A stretch of 64,000 bases of DNA from a virus. Lineage: Duplodnaviria > Caudoviricetes. A model generated the notes under the pieces. The model saw only the letters and a list, made by a program, of their open reading frames with translations. It did not search any database and was not told where the DNA came from. Positions within the stretch are counted from its first letter, which is position 1. Each line of letters starts with the position of its first letter. Shown here piece after piece: positions 63,777 to 64,000 of this stretch. The stretch spans positions 11,135 to 75,134 of the IMG/VR virus record IMGVR_UViG_3300044842_000168. The stretch is one strand, 5' to 3'. The translations under genes were made by a program, and so were the position numbers.

Positions 63777-64000
63777 CGCGCGCCGCCAGACCGCAGCCCT
63801 TGTGGCCGCACGGGTCGAGGTTCTCGCACTCTCGCTTCGCGGACTCGCCGGTGTTGCAGCTGCACTTGCACGGGATGGGCTTCCGGGTCCGCTGGGGCTT
63901 GGCCGGCTGGTTCACGGAGTCGCCGTCCGAGCCGACGTGGGTGGTGATGCCCCGAGCGGCCAGGGACTTCCGGGCCTGCTTGGCCCGGAAGTCCCTGGCC

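Noticed and set aside
1-64000. Integrated prophage, tRNA genes, IS elements, introns or inteins
   Set aside because: No integrase, att-like host junction, tRNA cloverleaf, transposase or intein motifs were recognised; DnaE and the helicases have ordinary lengths.

Overview
About 64 kb of a high-GC tailed actinobacteriophage genome (siphovirus-like; long non-contractile tail genes and a 756-aa tape measure). No integrase, tRNA or host genes are visible, and the large terminase lies outside the window. 1-19.3 kb (+): portal, a stand-alone ADP-ribosyltransferase, MuF, scaffold, HK97-type capsid, head-tail, tail and fibre genes, ending in a papain-like peptidase. 19.3-56.5 kb (-): secreted/membrane accessory proteins (LPXTG protein, GH43-like hydrolase), glycosyltransferases with an NDP-sugar epimerase, a displaced GH25 lysis cassette, RuvC, a divergent ThyX, MazG, DnaE, UDG, a putative nucleotide-modification block, SSB, AAA ATPase, Cas4-like nuclease, SNF2 helicase and an XRE regulator. 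56.6-61 kb (+): RecD-like helicase, TOPRIM primase, D5/P4 helicase, a putative origin and a TerS-like gene. 61-64 kb (-): small genes in promoter/terminator cassettes. Headline find: a RAMP/Cas7-like gene (51135-51725) followed by a 535-bp non-coding array of 78 GGY-NN pentamers in five units separated by three exactly 30-nt hairpins and one mini-hairpin. This looks like a programmable RNA-guided system and matches my recollection of the VIPR architecture. Also found: a 20-bp palindromic operator (GTAGACG-N6-CGTCTAC) in nine copies over leftward promoters, and an apparent second -1 frameshift in a non-tail gene.
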